32,000 bases of DNA from Clostridium felsineum DSM 794 (GCF_002006355.2 NZ_CP096980.1:3828814-3860813), one strand, 5' to 3'; shown: positions 1 through 9,741, counted from the stretch's first letter. Program-made: numbers and translations. Notes: generated by a model not told the origin, from the letters alone.

Positions 1-943
1 TTATTTCATAAGCTACAATTGCAAAACTTTCAATCATTGTTTTAATATCTTTTATCGGTACAACTCTTAAAACCGAACCTATATTTATAATATTTTTATC
101 TTCCTTTTCAGTATCTACATCAGAAAAGTCTTCTACTGATATTCCATTCTCAACTATTCCAATCTTATTAGGATTACATCCAAGTTCAATTTCGATTTCT
201 TTATTTTTATTAAACAAAGTTATAACCTTATCAGCCGAAATATAAGAACATCTTGAAAGCGTATAGAAAAACTCAATCCACATATCCTTTAAGTAGCTTT
301 TTATCCACTTTGATTTTATTATTTCTTCTTCTCTTTCCCTCGTATATATTCCATGTTCAGTTATTATAAATGGTTTTTTATATAAAATGCTAGCTAAACT
401 TCCTGCTGCTCCTGCATATCCTGTAGATACACTATGATACAAATCTGCTTTTGGCATCTCATTACTTATAATATAGAATAGAGGAAGCAGCATAGCACGA
501 ACTCCCCAAAAAAATTCATTGAAGGGTATGTCTGGATACTTCTCTTCATAAGCTGAAACTACTATATTAAAAAAGTTCTTACTCATAAAAAAATCAGTTG
601 TTTTTTTTAATTTTTCACTTCTCAAAAAATCATATAAAAAATTAAACTCTACCTTTCCTCCAATAATAAGATTTCTTATGGATGCTTCTTCCCTTTCACT
701 TATATCATAACTTTTTCTCAAGGATGATTTTTGTTTCAATATATAATCTAAAAATATTTCTTTTACCTCTACAACATTTTTAGGCAGCTCATATTTATAC
801 TTCCCTTTTAACTTTTCCTCTGCAACAATGCAGTATAATACAAATTGATGCTCTGGCATTTGTCTTATAAGCATATGAACCCAACTAGAGACTCCACCTG
901 TAATATGAGGATAACTGCCTTCACAAATCAAACAAATCTTCAT
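1..943 (-). CDS. pelF: PelF-like glycosyltransferase (DUF3492-type N-terminus + GT4), N-terminal ~314 codons only; CDS runs off the window start
   Basis: Hand translation of the minus strand from ATG 943-941 (AGGTGA SD 7 nt upstream) gives MKICLICEGSYPHITGGVSSWVHMLIRQMPEHQF. At the window edge the same frame reads GSVLRVVPIKDIKTMIESF. The CxxEGxYPxxxGGVSSWV N-terminus is the PelF/DUF3492 signature. It is absent from the ORF track because no stop lies inside the window. The interior of the frame was checked only at both ends. Confidence 0.75.
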   Translation of the reverse strand, partial: MKICLICEGSYPHITGGVSSWVHMLIRQMPEHQFVLYCIVAEEKLKGKYKYELPKNVVEVKEIFLDYILKQKSSLRKSYDISEREEASIRNLIIGGKVEFNFLYDFLRSEKLKKTTDFFMSKNFFNIVVSAYEEKYPDIPFNEFFWGVRAMLLPLFYIISNEMPKADLYHSVSTGYAGAAGSLASILYKKPFIITEHGIYTREREEEIIKSKWIKSYLKDMWIEFFYTLSRCSYISADKVITLFNKNKEIEIELGCNPNKIGIVENGISVEDFSDVDTEKEDKNIINIGSVLRVVPIKDIKTMIESFAIVAYEI

Positions 944-953
944 AAATAATCAC

Positions 954-2765
954 CTACTTAAAATTAATAGAAAACTTATCTTTATTTGCAGTTACAAGAT
1001 ATGTTCCAGTATCTATTTTTTCAATTGCACAGTTATCATCAGTATAAATTTTCTTATTAGTTCTTAATATAAATTTATCTCCTTTTTGAAAATTTCTACA
1101 ATACACATCTATAGCGTTTGATTTATATTTCATAAAAGGTTCTATTTTGGTATAACTTTTCAACAAATTAGCTCCTTCTGATGCTGTTACTGGAGATAAC
1201 CATGTGAATTTTTTATACACATCTTTCATAAAATCACCGTATCCTTTAGAAAGTTCTTGCCAACCCTTACCTCCACTTCTTTTTATATCGAGGACATCAT
1301 CTGGATGAATAAAATGTGAAAATACTCCTACAGAGGTTATACCATTATAAGCTGCCCAAATATTTTCTTCATTATCTTCATACCCTGATGTTAATCTAGG
1401 GAGCTCATAAATCCCATCTTTTATTTCAAATTCTTGAACATAACTATCCTTGTAATAATCATCATTATATACTGAAGAAATAATTTTAAGGTCTGGCATA
1501 GCTTTTAAAAGTGCCTTCCTTCCTAAAGGACTTAAAATATTTGATGGTGGTACATAAACTCTAAGCTTATATTTTTTTAATAATGAGCTAGAATACCTAA
1601 TTGCCTCTTCAATTGATCTCTCCATATTCTTTTCATTTGCCCAAGAATTATATCCTAGGGGCTGCTTTATATAATTTTTAGGTGCCAAAGATTGATGATT
1701 ATAACCATGTAAACCCAATTCACCATTATTTTTTAAAAGTTCTGTGGCATACAATAAAAAATCATTGCTATTGCTTGTTTTTGTTATAAATGGTGGAGTT
1801 GTTCTATTATTATAATCTTCAATTATTAATCCTGTATACTTCAAATTATAGAGTTTTGAAATCTTTAATACATCGGGCCACCAAACCTTACGATAAAAAT
1901 CCGCTGTACTAATCCCATATTCCTTATACAAAGTACTATTAGTCCCACCAGGTATAGGTGCCGGAAAATCATCTATGTAAGTTAATTTTGCATCTATAAC
2001 TGGATAAATATAATCTGGGATTAGCATTCCTATAGCACCTGCTATAATTCCTCTAGCATTCTTTTTAGCTAAAATAGTTCCATTATACATCATTATTTTT
2101 CCAGTTCCATAATTAGTCTGCCATAACATTGGAATTTTATTGTCCGAAACTAATAACATCTGTGACGTATCTTTTAGTTCCACTTTAAGTGATGAATCTG
2201 TCAATATTTTTTTACTAAAATTACTGCCCTTACCTTTTATCAAAACATTAGATGTAAGTTCAATTCCCTCAGCTGCTTCAATATCATATACATTTTTCAC
2301 ACCAATTTGACTTAATATACTAGGCAAAACATCACCAATTATAGGTCTTTCAGCAAATAGTACATAGCCACCATTTTTAGCATAATCCATTAATGATGAT
2401 ATTCCTTTAAAGCCGTCAATATTTTCAAAGGTCAAAACAACTCCCCTATAGGATGCATCAACATTTTGAATATCATTTCTTTCCTGTACTACAACCCTTT
2501 TTTTCATATATTTTAGAACTTCTTTGATATTTTGGGTTATATCACTACTGTTTTGTTCAGTTTTATCGAACAATATTAAAAACTTCTCTTGTTCAACATT
2601 AGCAGGTATTTTAGATGAACTATAAACGTTTTTATTCTTGATATTATTGTTATTTTCCAAAAAATTCATTACAAAATTAAGACGTACCACTTGAAAAAAT
2701 ACAGCTATGCCTAGTACTAAAGCAATTATGATTTTAATATTTCTTTTAACGTTCATTTTTCTCAC
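954..2765 (-). CDS. pelA: Membrane-anchored PelA deacetylase-like protein (DUF2194-type), Pel polysaccharide modification
   Basis: 603-aa ORF with one N-terminal TM helix (IKIIIALVLGIAVFFQVV) and a large extracytoplasmic body. His/Asp motifs (LHGYNHQS, FSHFIHPDD) fit a metal-dependent polysaccharide deacetylase-like fold. It sits in the pelA slot between the pelE-like and pelF genes, overlaps the upstream gene by 20 nt, and ends 10 nt before the pelF start. The family name is recalled from memory, not searched. Confidence 0.55.
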   Translation of the reverse strand: MRKMNVKRNIKIIIALVLGIAVFFQVVRLNFVMNFLENNNNIKNKNVYSSSKIPANVEQEKFLILFDKTEQNSSDITQNIKEVLKYMKKRVVVQERNDIQNVDASYRGVVLTFENIDGFKGISSLMDYAKNGGYVLFAERPIIGDVLPSILSQIGVKNVYDIEAAEGIELTSNVLIKGKGSNFSKKILTDSSLKVELKDTSQMLLVSDNKIPMLWQTNYGTGKIMMYNGTILAKKNARGIIAGAIGMLIPDYIYPVIDAKLTYIDDFPAPIPGGTNSTLYKEYGISTADFYRKVWWPDVLKISKLYNLKYTGLIIEDYNNRTTPPFITKTSNSNDFLLYATELLKNNGELGLHGYNHQSLAPKNYIKQPLGYNSWANEKNMERSIEEAIRYSSSLLKKYKLRVYVPPSNILSPLGRKALLKAMPDLKIISSVYNDDYYKDSYVQEFEIKDGIYELPRLTSGYEDNEENIWAAYNGITSVGVFSHFIHPDDVLDIKRSGGKGWQELSKGYGDFMKDVYKKFTWLSPVTASEGANLLKSYTKIEPFMKYKSNAIDVYCRNFQKGDKFILRTNKKIYTDDNCAIEKIDTGTYLVTANKDKFSINFK

Positions 2766-3651
2766 CTGCTATCCAAAATCTCACCATATTCAAAGCCTCA
2801 TTACTAAATCGTATATTTGAATTCATTAAATTATCTAGTGCCCTACTAAAACTTACCTGATCCCTAAGTATATAAAAAATTTTCATAAACATAATATATG
2901 GCTCTTCATCATCTTTATAATTCTCATAAAAAATTTTGCAATATCTTCTTGCTGAATTGAAATCCTCCAGTTTAATATCCAAATTTATTTTCTCTATAAA
3001 ATATCTAGCTTCTACTTTGTACTTAGCTAACAATTCCTCAAGTTTATCTGAATATAGTTGTTCATATTTTTTTAATTGACGTCCTTCTAAAAATCCACTA
3101 TCTATATACTGCTTAATAGTATTTAAATAAGATATAAGAACTTCTATATTCTCTTTATCTTTTTCATATTTTACAGTTTCTTTTTGAATATTTTCCATAA
3201 AATAACTTTTTAATTCTGTTATTGCACTTGCTGCATAATGTGAGACTTCAGTATCCTCGTTTTCTAATGCTTTTTCTAAAATATCAATATGCTTTAACGG
3301 ATTGGATTTAACTATATTAATTATTAGTTCCCTTTTAACACTATTACTGTTTAAAATAAAAGCTTCACTTATTGGTACCAAATTTCTTTCTTTTTTTAAA
3401 TTATTAATTTTTAAGTTTGCTGAAGATATGGTATTTTTTATATACTCCTCATAATCTGATAACACATTCTCATCTTTATATTTTCTTTTGTCTAAAATAT
3501 ATATAATTCCAAAATACGCAAAACCAAAAATAGGAATGAGCAAAACCATTACAATCTTATATATAACTTTTTCCAGAGAATTCTTATTTTTACGTAGGTA
3601 TATATAGAATATTAGACAAATTAAAAGATGAACTATCAATAATTTATACAT
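2746..3651 (-). CDS. pelE: PelE-like inner-membrane helical-repeat protein
   Basis: 301 aa. Two N-terminal hydrophobic helices (LLIVHLLICLIFYIYL; IVMVLLIPIFGFAYFGIIYIL) are followed by an all-helical, TPR-like region. Size and topology match PelE. It lies 1 nt after the pelD-like stop. The call rests mainly on synteny. Confidence 0.45.
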   Translation of the reverse strand: MYKLLIVHLLICLIFYIYLRKNKNSLEKVIYKIVMVLLIPIFGFAYFGIIYILDKRKYKDENVLSDYEEYIKNTISSANLKINNLKKERNLVPISEAFILNSNSVKRELIINIVKSNPLKHIDILEKALENEDTEVSHYAASAITELKSYFMENIQKETVKYEKDKENIEVLISYLNTIKQYIDSGFLEGRQLKKYEQLYSDKLEELLAKYKVEARYFIEKINLDIKLEDFNSARRYCKIFYENYKDDEEPYIMFMKIFYILRDQVSFSRALDNLMNSNIRFSNEALNMVRFWIAGEKNER

Positions 3652-3652
3652 G

Positions 3653-5842
3653 TTAACTCAAATCCTCCATTACTTCAGCATTTAATCCACTGGCAGCAAT
3701 TCTACCTAATACCTTCTGTGACTTAGACTTATCTGTATTTGATAATATTACATAAACACAATTATCCTCTCCTATTCCAACTGAATCATTATCCCTTATA
3801 TTTACCGAAAGTTTATTAAAAATATCTTCATAAGAAAGATTATTTTTTCTTATCTTTAAAAGGGTGAAGTTTATGTCTGAAGTTTTTAAATCTCTATTTT
3901 TATCGGCCAATACTTTTTTAAATTCCTTACTAATTAAAATTTCTGTATTAGGTATATATTTATCTTTACTAGCTACTTCATCATACTTTAATGCCTTTCC
4001 TATAGCATTTGAAATTAAGTCTACTAAAACTTTAAATAAATTTTCATAATATAGATTTAATTTTTCAAACTTAACATCATATATGGAAATAACAGCCTTT
4101 ACGTTGTCATTAATTATTACAGGCGCTGCCATCGTAGGCAATTTAGGTTTTAGATCCTTATTAACAAAAATCTTTTTACTATCTATAGCCTTTTTTATTT
4201 CCTGTGTTTCGTTTAAGCTAATAGAATAGGGTAACCTCAAATCTACATTGCTAGATTTAGCTTTTAATCTAAGATATTTACTATCCCTATTTAATATATA
4301 TATTGATGATTTTGATGTATCTAAAAGCTTATCAATTATCTTAATAGCTCCAAAATATATATCATTTACCTCTAAACTATCCAATGTTTTTGTTGTATTA
4401 TAAATATTTACAAAGCTATTCTCTGAACTTATAATTTGTTCTTGTAACTCTTCTTTTATATCTACTGTTTCATTGTAAATTAACTCTAAAAATTTATATT
4501 TTTCATTAAGCTTATCTATTTCTAGTTTATTCATATATAATTTTCTCTTATATACTTCTGAAACATATCCAGAAACCAATCCAATAATAATATAGCTTAT
4601 TACCTGAGGTAAATTTAATGGATCATATAAAATTGTAACCGCACTATAACCTGAATTTATTAGCAGATAAAAGTAAAGTGCACAAGAAAAAATTATAGCT
4701 ATTCCCGCTTGCCTCATTCCATACATAATTGCCATAACTATTATGTATATATAACAAAGCTGTGCAAAACTACTTGAATACGGATTACTTATCTTAAAAA
4801 TATCTAACACTAATAAAGCAATTACTAACATAAAAATAATATTTTCAATATAAGGCAAAGCTTTAAAAAATAAATTTTTTTTATCATATTCTTCATTTTT
4901 AGTTGTGTAATTCACTGATTCATCAAAGCTGTAATTTTCTTTGTACCATTTATAAGTTTTTTGTATTCCCTCTTTGAAAGAATATTTTACATTAAATCCC
5001 AATTGTGTTTTTGCCTTTGAATTATTAAGTGAAGATTTTTCTACATCTCCAGAACGATTTGATTTATTATTTATCTTTTTTATAGGCTGAATTTCTTCTA
5101 TAATATTAATCAATTCATTTATTGAATGTTCCGTATTAGTAGAAATATTAAAAACTCCTGTGTGTTCACTTTTTAATGCTCTATATATAGCATCAACTGC
5201 ATCTTCAACATATATAAAATCCCTTGTCTGCGTACCATCACCGAATACATCTATTTCTTCATCCTTTAATGTTTTAGTTATAAAATTTGCAACTACACTA
5301 CTCTCACCTTTTACATTCTGCCTTGGTCCAAATACATTTGAAAATCTCAAACATATTGTTTTTAATCCATATAAATCAAACCATTTTTGACAATAGTATT
5401 CACCCACATATTTATTTATTGCATAAACAGACAAAGGTTTTAATTCCTCATCCTCTGAGGTTGGAATTTTGTTACTATCTCCATAAACCGCTGCCGAAGA
5501 CGCAAATATAAATCTTTTAACACCATATTTTCTTGAAAGTTCAAGTAAGTTAACAACTCCTGGAAAAGTCGATATTGCTTGATTAGAATCTTTCTTAGCA
5601 AATGAATTTATATCTATCTGTGATGATAAATCAATAACAGCCTCAAATTTATTTGATTTAAATATTTCCTCGCATCGCTTACTTTCAACAGATAAATCAT
5701 AAAATTTGTGTGGAACCTTTACGTTTTCCATGCTTCCTGTTAAAAGGTTATCTATTATGTATATCTTATGACCTTCTTTATAGAGCCTATCAGCAACATA
5801 GGAACCTATAAATCCACAACCTCCTACTATTAGTATCCTCAT
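3653..5842 (-). CDS. pelD: SDR (UDP-hexose 4-epimerase-like) fused to PelD-like TM-GAF-degenerate-GGDEF c-di-GMP receptor
   Basis: 729 aa. Residues 1-~305 have the Rossmann motif GGCGFIGS and the YxxxK motif (YAINKYVGE) of extended SDR epimerases. About four TM helices follow (res ~325-430), then a GAF-sized region. The C-terminus aligns to a GGDEF domain with RDND (RxxD I-site, nt 3796-3785) five residues before EDNCV in the GGDEF position. Confidence 0.65.
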   Translation of the reverse strand: MRILIVGGCGFIGSYVADRLYKEGHKIYIIDNLLTGSMENVKVPHKFYDLSVESKRCEEIFKSNKFEAVIDLSSQIDINSFAKKDSNQAISTFPGVVNLLELSRKYGVKRFIFASSAAVYGDSNKIPTSEDEELKPLSVYAINKYVGEYYCQKWFDLYGLKTICLRFSNVFGPRQNVKGESSVVANFITKTLKDEEIDVFGDGTQTRDFIYVEDAVDAIYRALKSEHTGVFNISTNTEHSINELINIIEEIQPIKKINNKSNRSGDVEKSSLNNSKAKTQLGFNVKYSFKEGIQKTYKWYKENYSFDESVNYTTKNEEYDKKNLFFKALPYIENIIFMLVIALLVLDIFKISNPYSSSFAQLCYIYIIVMAIMYGMRQAGIAIIFSCALYFYLLINSGYSAVTILYDPLNLPQVISYIIIGLVSGYVSEVYKRKLYMNKLEIDKLNEKYKFLELIYNETVDIKEELQEQIISSENSFVNIYNTTKTLDSLEVNDIYFGAIKIIDKLLDTSKSSIYILNRDSKYLRLKAKSSNVDLRLPYSISLNETQEIKKAIDSKKIFVNKDLKPKLPTMAAPVIINDNVKAVISIYDVKFEKLNLYYENLFKVLVDLISNAIGKALKYDEVASKDKYIPNTEILISKEFKKVLADKNRDLKTSDINFTLLKIRKNNLSYEDIFNKLSVNIRDNDSVGIGEDNCVYVILSNTDKSKSQKVLGRIAASGLNAEVMEDLS

Positions 5843-5947
5843 AATTCCTCCTTAAATTTGAGCAAAGAGTATACTTCTAGTATGTTCATTTAAAGAAATT
5901 ATATAATGCTTATATAGAATTTCTTTATTATTTGATTTATTATATGT

Positions 5948-5988
5948 AAAAAAACTCTATATTCGCCTATCATTAGGTGAATATAGAG
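5948..5988 (-). terminator. Rho-independent terminator of the AI-2E transporter gene
   Basis: On the minus strand the stem is CTCTATATTCACC / GGCGAATATAGAG (13 bp, one G-U pair) with an 8-nt loop, followed by a T7 run (plus-strand A run 5948-5954). Confidence 0.7.
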
Positions 5989-6038
5989 CTTAACTGTATT
6001 GTTATGTATAGTCTAATTATAAAAATCAAATAATTATC

Positions 6039-7190
6039 CTATTCTATCTTCAAAGATTTTTTTTCTAATCTAATATATACCTCTCTGCGAATTAGTACAT
6101 ATGCTACCGAAAACAGAGGAATTGACATAATCATCCCTGCAACACCAAAAACCTTTCCTCCTAAGGTTATTGCAACTAATACTAGTATAGCTGGAAGTCC
6201 TACAGAGTTTCCTACAATTCTTGGATAGATTAAATTATCTTCTAATTGCTTAATTGCTATGAAAACAAATATGAAAATACCCGCTTTTATAGGACTAAAC
6301 AGTAATAGCAGTAATACACTTAAAACAAAGCCAATAACTGAACCTATCATAGGTATAACCGAGAAAAAAGCTATTATTATACTAACTTCAATAGCATATG
6401 GTAATCTTAAAATAGTCATCACAATAAAAAATATTGCTCCCAATATTACAGACACGGTACATTGACCAGTTATAAAACTAGAAAAAGTACTACTAGTTAA
6501 TTTCGTCATCTCTAATATTGAATCTACACTTTTCTTTTTCAAAAAAGCATATAATATCTTTTTTACTTGCAGCCCTAACTTTTCCTTTTGCGCAAGTACG
6601 TATATTGAGAATATAAATGCTAATATGAATTCTATAGTTGTACTAGCAAAGCTTGTTGCTGCTCCTAAGCTTGACATAAGAACTGAACTAGCTCCCCTTA
6701 GAACAATTACCTTTATTTTATTTAAAATACCATTCCAATCTATGTTCATGCTGTTTATTATACTCATAACATTCTTAGATAACCAGTTGTTTTCATTAAT
6801 GAATTTTTGAAATGCAGTAGATGAATTGTCAAAAGCACTAGGTATTTTTTGTACCGTCTGAATGATATTCGGTATAATTATAGCTAATACAAGTGCAAAT
6901 ACACCTAATATCAAAATACATGAAACCAATATACTAATACTTATGTTATATTTTCTAATTATCTTTCCAATTCCCTTGGCCCTACACTTTAATAATAGTC
7001 TTGAAAAAAAGCTAACAGGTATATTAAGAATAAATGCAATACAGCCGCCTAATATGAATGGAAAAAACATGCTGTACACACTATTTATTATTCCTTTGAA
7101 ATCACTTCCATAATTAAGCAGAAAATACATCAAAATTGCTATAAATATTAAAAGAGTAACTTTGCTTTTAATTTTTTCCTCTATTTTCAC
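6039..7190 (-). CDS. AI-2E family transporter (PerM/UPF0118-like permease)
   Basis: 383-aa polytopic membrane protein. It carries the family-typical C-terminal segment QLEDNLIYPRIVGNSVGLPAILVLVAITLGG. Confidence 0.8.
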   Translation of the reverse strand: MKIEEKIKSKVTLLIFIAILMYFLLNYGSDFKGIINSVYSMFFPFILGGCIAFILNIPVSFFSRLLLKCRAKGIGKIIRKYNISISILVSCILILGVFALVLAIIIPNIIQTVQKIPSAFDNSSTAFQKFINENNWLSKNVMSIINSMNIDWNGILNKIKVIVLRGASSVLMSSLGAATSFASTTIEFILAFIFSIYVLAQKEKLGLQVKKILYAFLKKKSVDSILEMTKLTSSTFSSFITGQCTVSVILGAIFFIVMTILRLPYAIEVSIIIAFFSVIPMIGSVIGFVLSVLLLLLFSPIKAGIFIFVFIAIKQLEDNLIYPRIVGNSVGLPAILVLVAITLGGKVFGVAGMIMSIPLFSVAYVLIRREVYIRLEKKSLKIE

Positions 7191-7359
7191 TATGGTATTC
7201 CGTCTCCTTTGAACTATTATTTTTTATCATACTAATAACTATATCATTATTTAAGTTCTAAACCAATAATAAAAAAATTAAACATATGTACTTGCAGAGC
7301 TTTCCATTGAACACTATACTATATTAAGTAATATATTCTCATGAATGTGGGGTTTGAAT

Positions 7360-8721
7360 ATGAATAAAAAAGAGATATTAGAATTAAAAAGACGTTTTAA
7401 AAAGGATGAGTGTACCTTTACCAGAATGTGCGGTTGTTACGTAGACGCTCAAAAAAATATTGTATTAAAACTTAAAGAAACTTTTCTAAATCTACAGGAT
7501 GAAGAATTTTTCAAATACTTAGAAATAGCAAAAAAAACCTTATCAGGTACAGTAGGAAATAACCTTTTGGAGCTTGAATTTCCTCTTACAGAAGAAGCTG
7601 ATAATAATAGACAGCTTTCTCTTTTAGGTCTTAAAAAAAGTGCATTAAAAGATGATGGACTACTTGATAGCTTTTATAACTTAATTATAGATAGCTATGA
7701 TTATGCTGGTAATTTTTTAATACTTATTTTTCATGATGCTTATAATGTTATGACAAAAACTACAGATAATGCAAAATTAGATGAGTCTGAAGAAATATAC
7801 GAATATATATTATGTGCAGTATGTCCAGTATCTCTTTCAAAAGCAGCACTTGGATATCTTGAGGATGAAAATAGAATTGGAGCGCGAAATCGTGACTGGA
7901 TTGTTGGACCTCCTGATGTTGGATTTGTATTTCCAGCCTTTACAGACAGAAGTAGTGATATACACTCTATTATGTACTACACTAAAAATGCCAAAGATAC
8001 TCACCCTGAATTAATGGAGGGAGCTTTAGGCTGCTCTTCTAAACAAAGTGCTACTCAAGAGAAGGAAAAATTCAATACTATTATTCGTAAGGCTATTGGC
8101 AGCGATGATAAGAAATCAGAGCTTTTATTTATGGATATTCAAGAAACTCTCAGTAACGTCATAGATGATAATTCTACTATTAACGGTGATGATGCTGAAC
8201 CTGTAATTTTAACTAAAGACAATATTCAAGATATTTTAGTTGAAAGCGGACTCTCTGAAGAGATTACTGAAAAAATACAGAAATCTTATGAAGAAGAATT
8301 TTCTGATACACCACCTGTAGTAGAAAATTTAATAGATAAAAAAGCACTAAAAGTAAACGAACAACGAAAAAAAGAAAGAAGACTTGAAGAAAAGGTTCAA
8401 ATGTTAGAGGAAAGACTTGACCAAACAAATAAAGAGACAATAAAGGATTCAGAAGAGGCAGCTTTAGAAACTGATACTACTGCATCTTTAGGACAAGAAA
8501 ATAATATTGAACTAGAAATTGAAACGCCTTCTGAAACTGATATTGATACTAACACTGATATCGATACTAAAGCTTCTTCAAATTATGATATAGTACTTCA
8601 AGTAAAACCTGAAAAAGTACCGGAAATAAAATCGCAAATCATTGACGGTAAAAAATGCATTGTTATACCAATAGAAGATAATGAACAAGCTAATGTTAAT
8701 GGTGTAGATACTTCACTTTAA
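7360..8721 (+). CDS. DUF4317-like cytoplasmic protein with acidic low-complexity C-terminal tail
   Basis: Long ORF. I prefer the ATG at 7360 (GTGGGG 7 nt upstream) over the ORF-track ATG at 7345, which has no SD. The N-terminus MNKKEILELKRRFKKDECTFTRMCGCYVD resembles the clostridial DUF4317 family from memory. The C-terminal third is E/D/K/T-rich. Confidence 0.6.
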   Translation: MNKKEILELKRRFKKDECTFTRMCGCYVDAQKNIVLKLKETFLNLQDEEFFKYLEIAKKTLSGTVGNNLLELEFPLTEEADNNRQLSLLGLKKSALKDDGLLDSFYNLIIDSYDYAGNFLILIFHDAYNVMTKTTDNAKLDESEEIYEYILCAVCPVSLSKAALGYLEDENRIGARNRDWIVGPPDVGFVFPAFTDRSSDIHSIMYYTKNAKDTHPELMEGALGCSSKQSATQEKEKFNTIIRKAIGSDDKKSELLFMDIQETLSNVIDDNSTINGDDAEPVILTKDNIQDILVESGLSEEITEKIQKSYEEEFSDTPPVVENLIDKKALKVNEQRKKERRLEEKVQMLEERLDQTNKETIKDSEEAALETDTTASLGQENNIELEIETPSETDIDTNTDIDTKASSNYDIVLQVKPEKVPEIKSQIIDGKKCIVIPIEDNEQANVNGVDTSL

Positions 8722-8726
8722 TGATA

Positions 8727-8758
8727 AGAGCTCGTTTTTGTGGACGAGCTCTAGTTTT
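8727..8758. terminator. Hairpin terminator between convergent genes
   Basis: Perfect 9-bp inverted repeat AGAGCTCGT (8727-8735) / ACGAGCTCT (8744-8752) followed by AGTTTT. It lies between the convergent stops at 8721 and 8761. Confidence 0.7.
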
Positions 8759-8760
8759 AA

Positions 8761-9537
8761 TTACTCTTTTCTAAGAATGTCTACTGTATGCGCACTTGCT
8801 CCAAGTAGCTCCTGTCTTTCACAAGTTGATAAATGATACTTGATAAAAATCTTAAAGGTCTCTTCGTCCATGGCATTTAGAACAGGTCTCATATAGTCTG
8901 CTGGTCCATCTGCAGCGATTATTTTTATTCTTTTTAATTTCACTTCATCTTTTAGACTATTAATATCTTCAAGCCTTACATAATCATACAAATCCTTTGG
9001 TTCAGCTACAACATGAAAATCCTCATTAAGCTTTCCATCCTGTATACACTGACGAATATTGTTTTCTTTAAATCCATAAGTTATTATGCTATATTCATTC
9101 ATACAATAAGCTACTAATATAACTCCATTTACTTTTGTTACTCTTTTCGCCTCTTCTAATGCCTTAACTTTATCCTCAAAAGTATATAAATGATACATTG
9201 GTCCAAACACTAAAGTCATATCGAAAGTATTATCTGAAAATCTTGATAAATCTAATGCTGTTCCTTGATAGGCTTTTACAGCACTCTTCTTAGATTTTAA
9301 AACTCCTAAATTATGCTTCACAAGTTCAACTGCTGTAACATCATAACCTTCGTTTGAAAGCTCTACAGAATATCTACCTGTCCCCGCACCTACATCTAAA
9401 ATTTTTGCATCATTCTTATCCTTTAAATATTTATGTATATATTTCATTGAGGTAATGTATTCAACTTGTCCATGCCTTCTTGTTAATCTTTTATCTTCAC
9501 AAAACTTATTGTAGTATTTTTCTAATTCCATTGACAT
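8761..9537 (-). CDS. Class I SAM-dependent methyltransferase
   Basis: 258 aa with motif I ILDVGAGTGRYS and an acidic post-I residue (VTAVELV). The size is typical of small-molecule methyltransferases. Confidence 0.8.
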   Translation of the reverse strand: MSMELEKYYNKFCEDKRLTRRHGQVEYITSMKYIHKYLKDKNDAKILDVGAGTGRYSVELSNEGYDVTAVELVKHNLGVLKSKKSAVKAYQGTALDLSRFSDNTFDMTLVFGPMYHLYTFEDKVKALEEAKRVTKVNGVILVAYCMNEYSIITYGFKENNIRQCIQDGKLNEDFHVVAEPKDLYDYVRLEDINSLKDEVKLKRIKIIAADGPADYMRPVLNAMDEETFKIFIKYHLSTCERQELLGASAHTVDILRKE

Positions 9538-9697
9538 ACTTTTATCTTCTCCATCTATTAAAAAATTAGTTCAAATTTATAGTTTAATAATGTATATAAA
9601 TAAAATTTGATTTCTGTTTTCATTTACTTATTAATTTTAATATTATTCAATTCATAAATCAATGAGAAAGACATAAACTATCTAAATACCAAACTTA

Positions 9698-9726
9698 TTT
9701 ACAATAAATATCATATATGATATACT
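9698..9726 (+). promoter_or_regulatory. Sigma-A type promoter for the T-box leader/metG
   Basis: TTTACA (9698-9703), a 17-nt spacer, then TATACT (9721-9726) preceded by TGA (extended -10 TGn). It lies about 15 nt upstream of the start of T-box stem I. Confidence 0.5.
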
Positions 9727-9741
9727 GCATTTATATAAAAG

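Noticed and set aside
3864-5511. Plus-strand ORFs 3864..4049, 5160..5390 and 5287..5511, antisense to the pelD-like gene
   Set aside because: They lie entirely inside a well-supported minus-strand CDS and have no SD. Their F/L/S/I-rich low-complexity composition is typical of antisense reading of AT-rich coding DNA.
6259-7113. Plus-strand ORFs 6259..6465, 6625..6810 and 6862..7113, antisense to the AI-2E transporter gene
   Set aside because: Same reasoning: they are embedded antisense in a conserved membrane-protein gene, with no start context.
7781-8014. Plus-strand 77-aa ORF in an alternative frame inside the DUF4317-like gene
   Set aside because: It is an out-of-frame overlap with a longer coherent ORF, has no SD and has odd composition.
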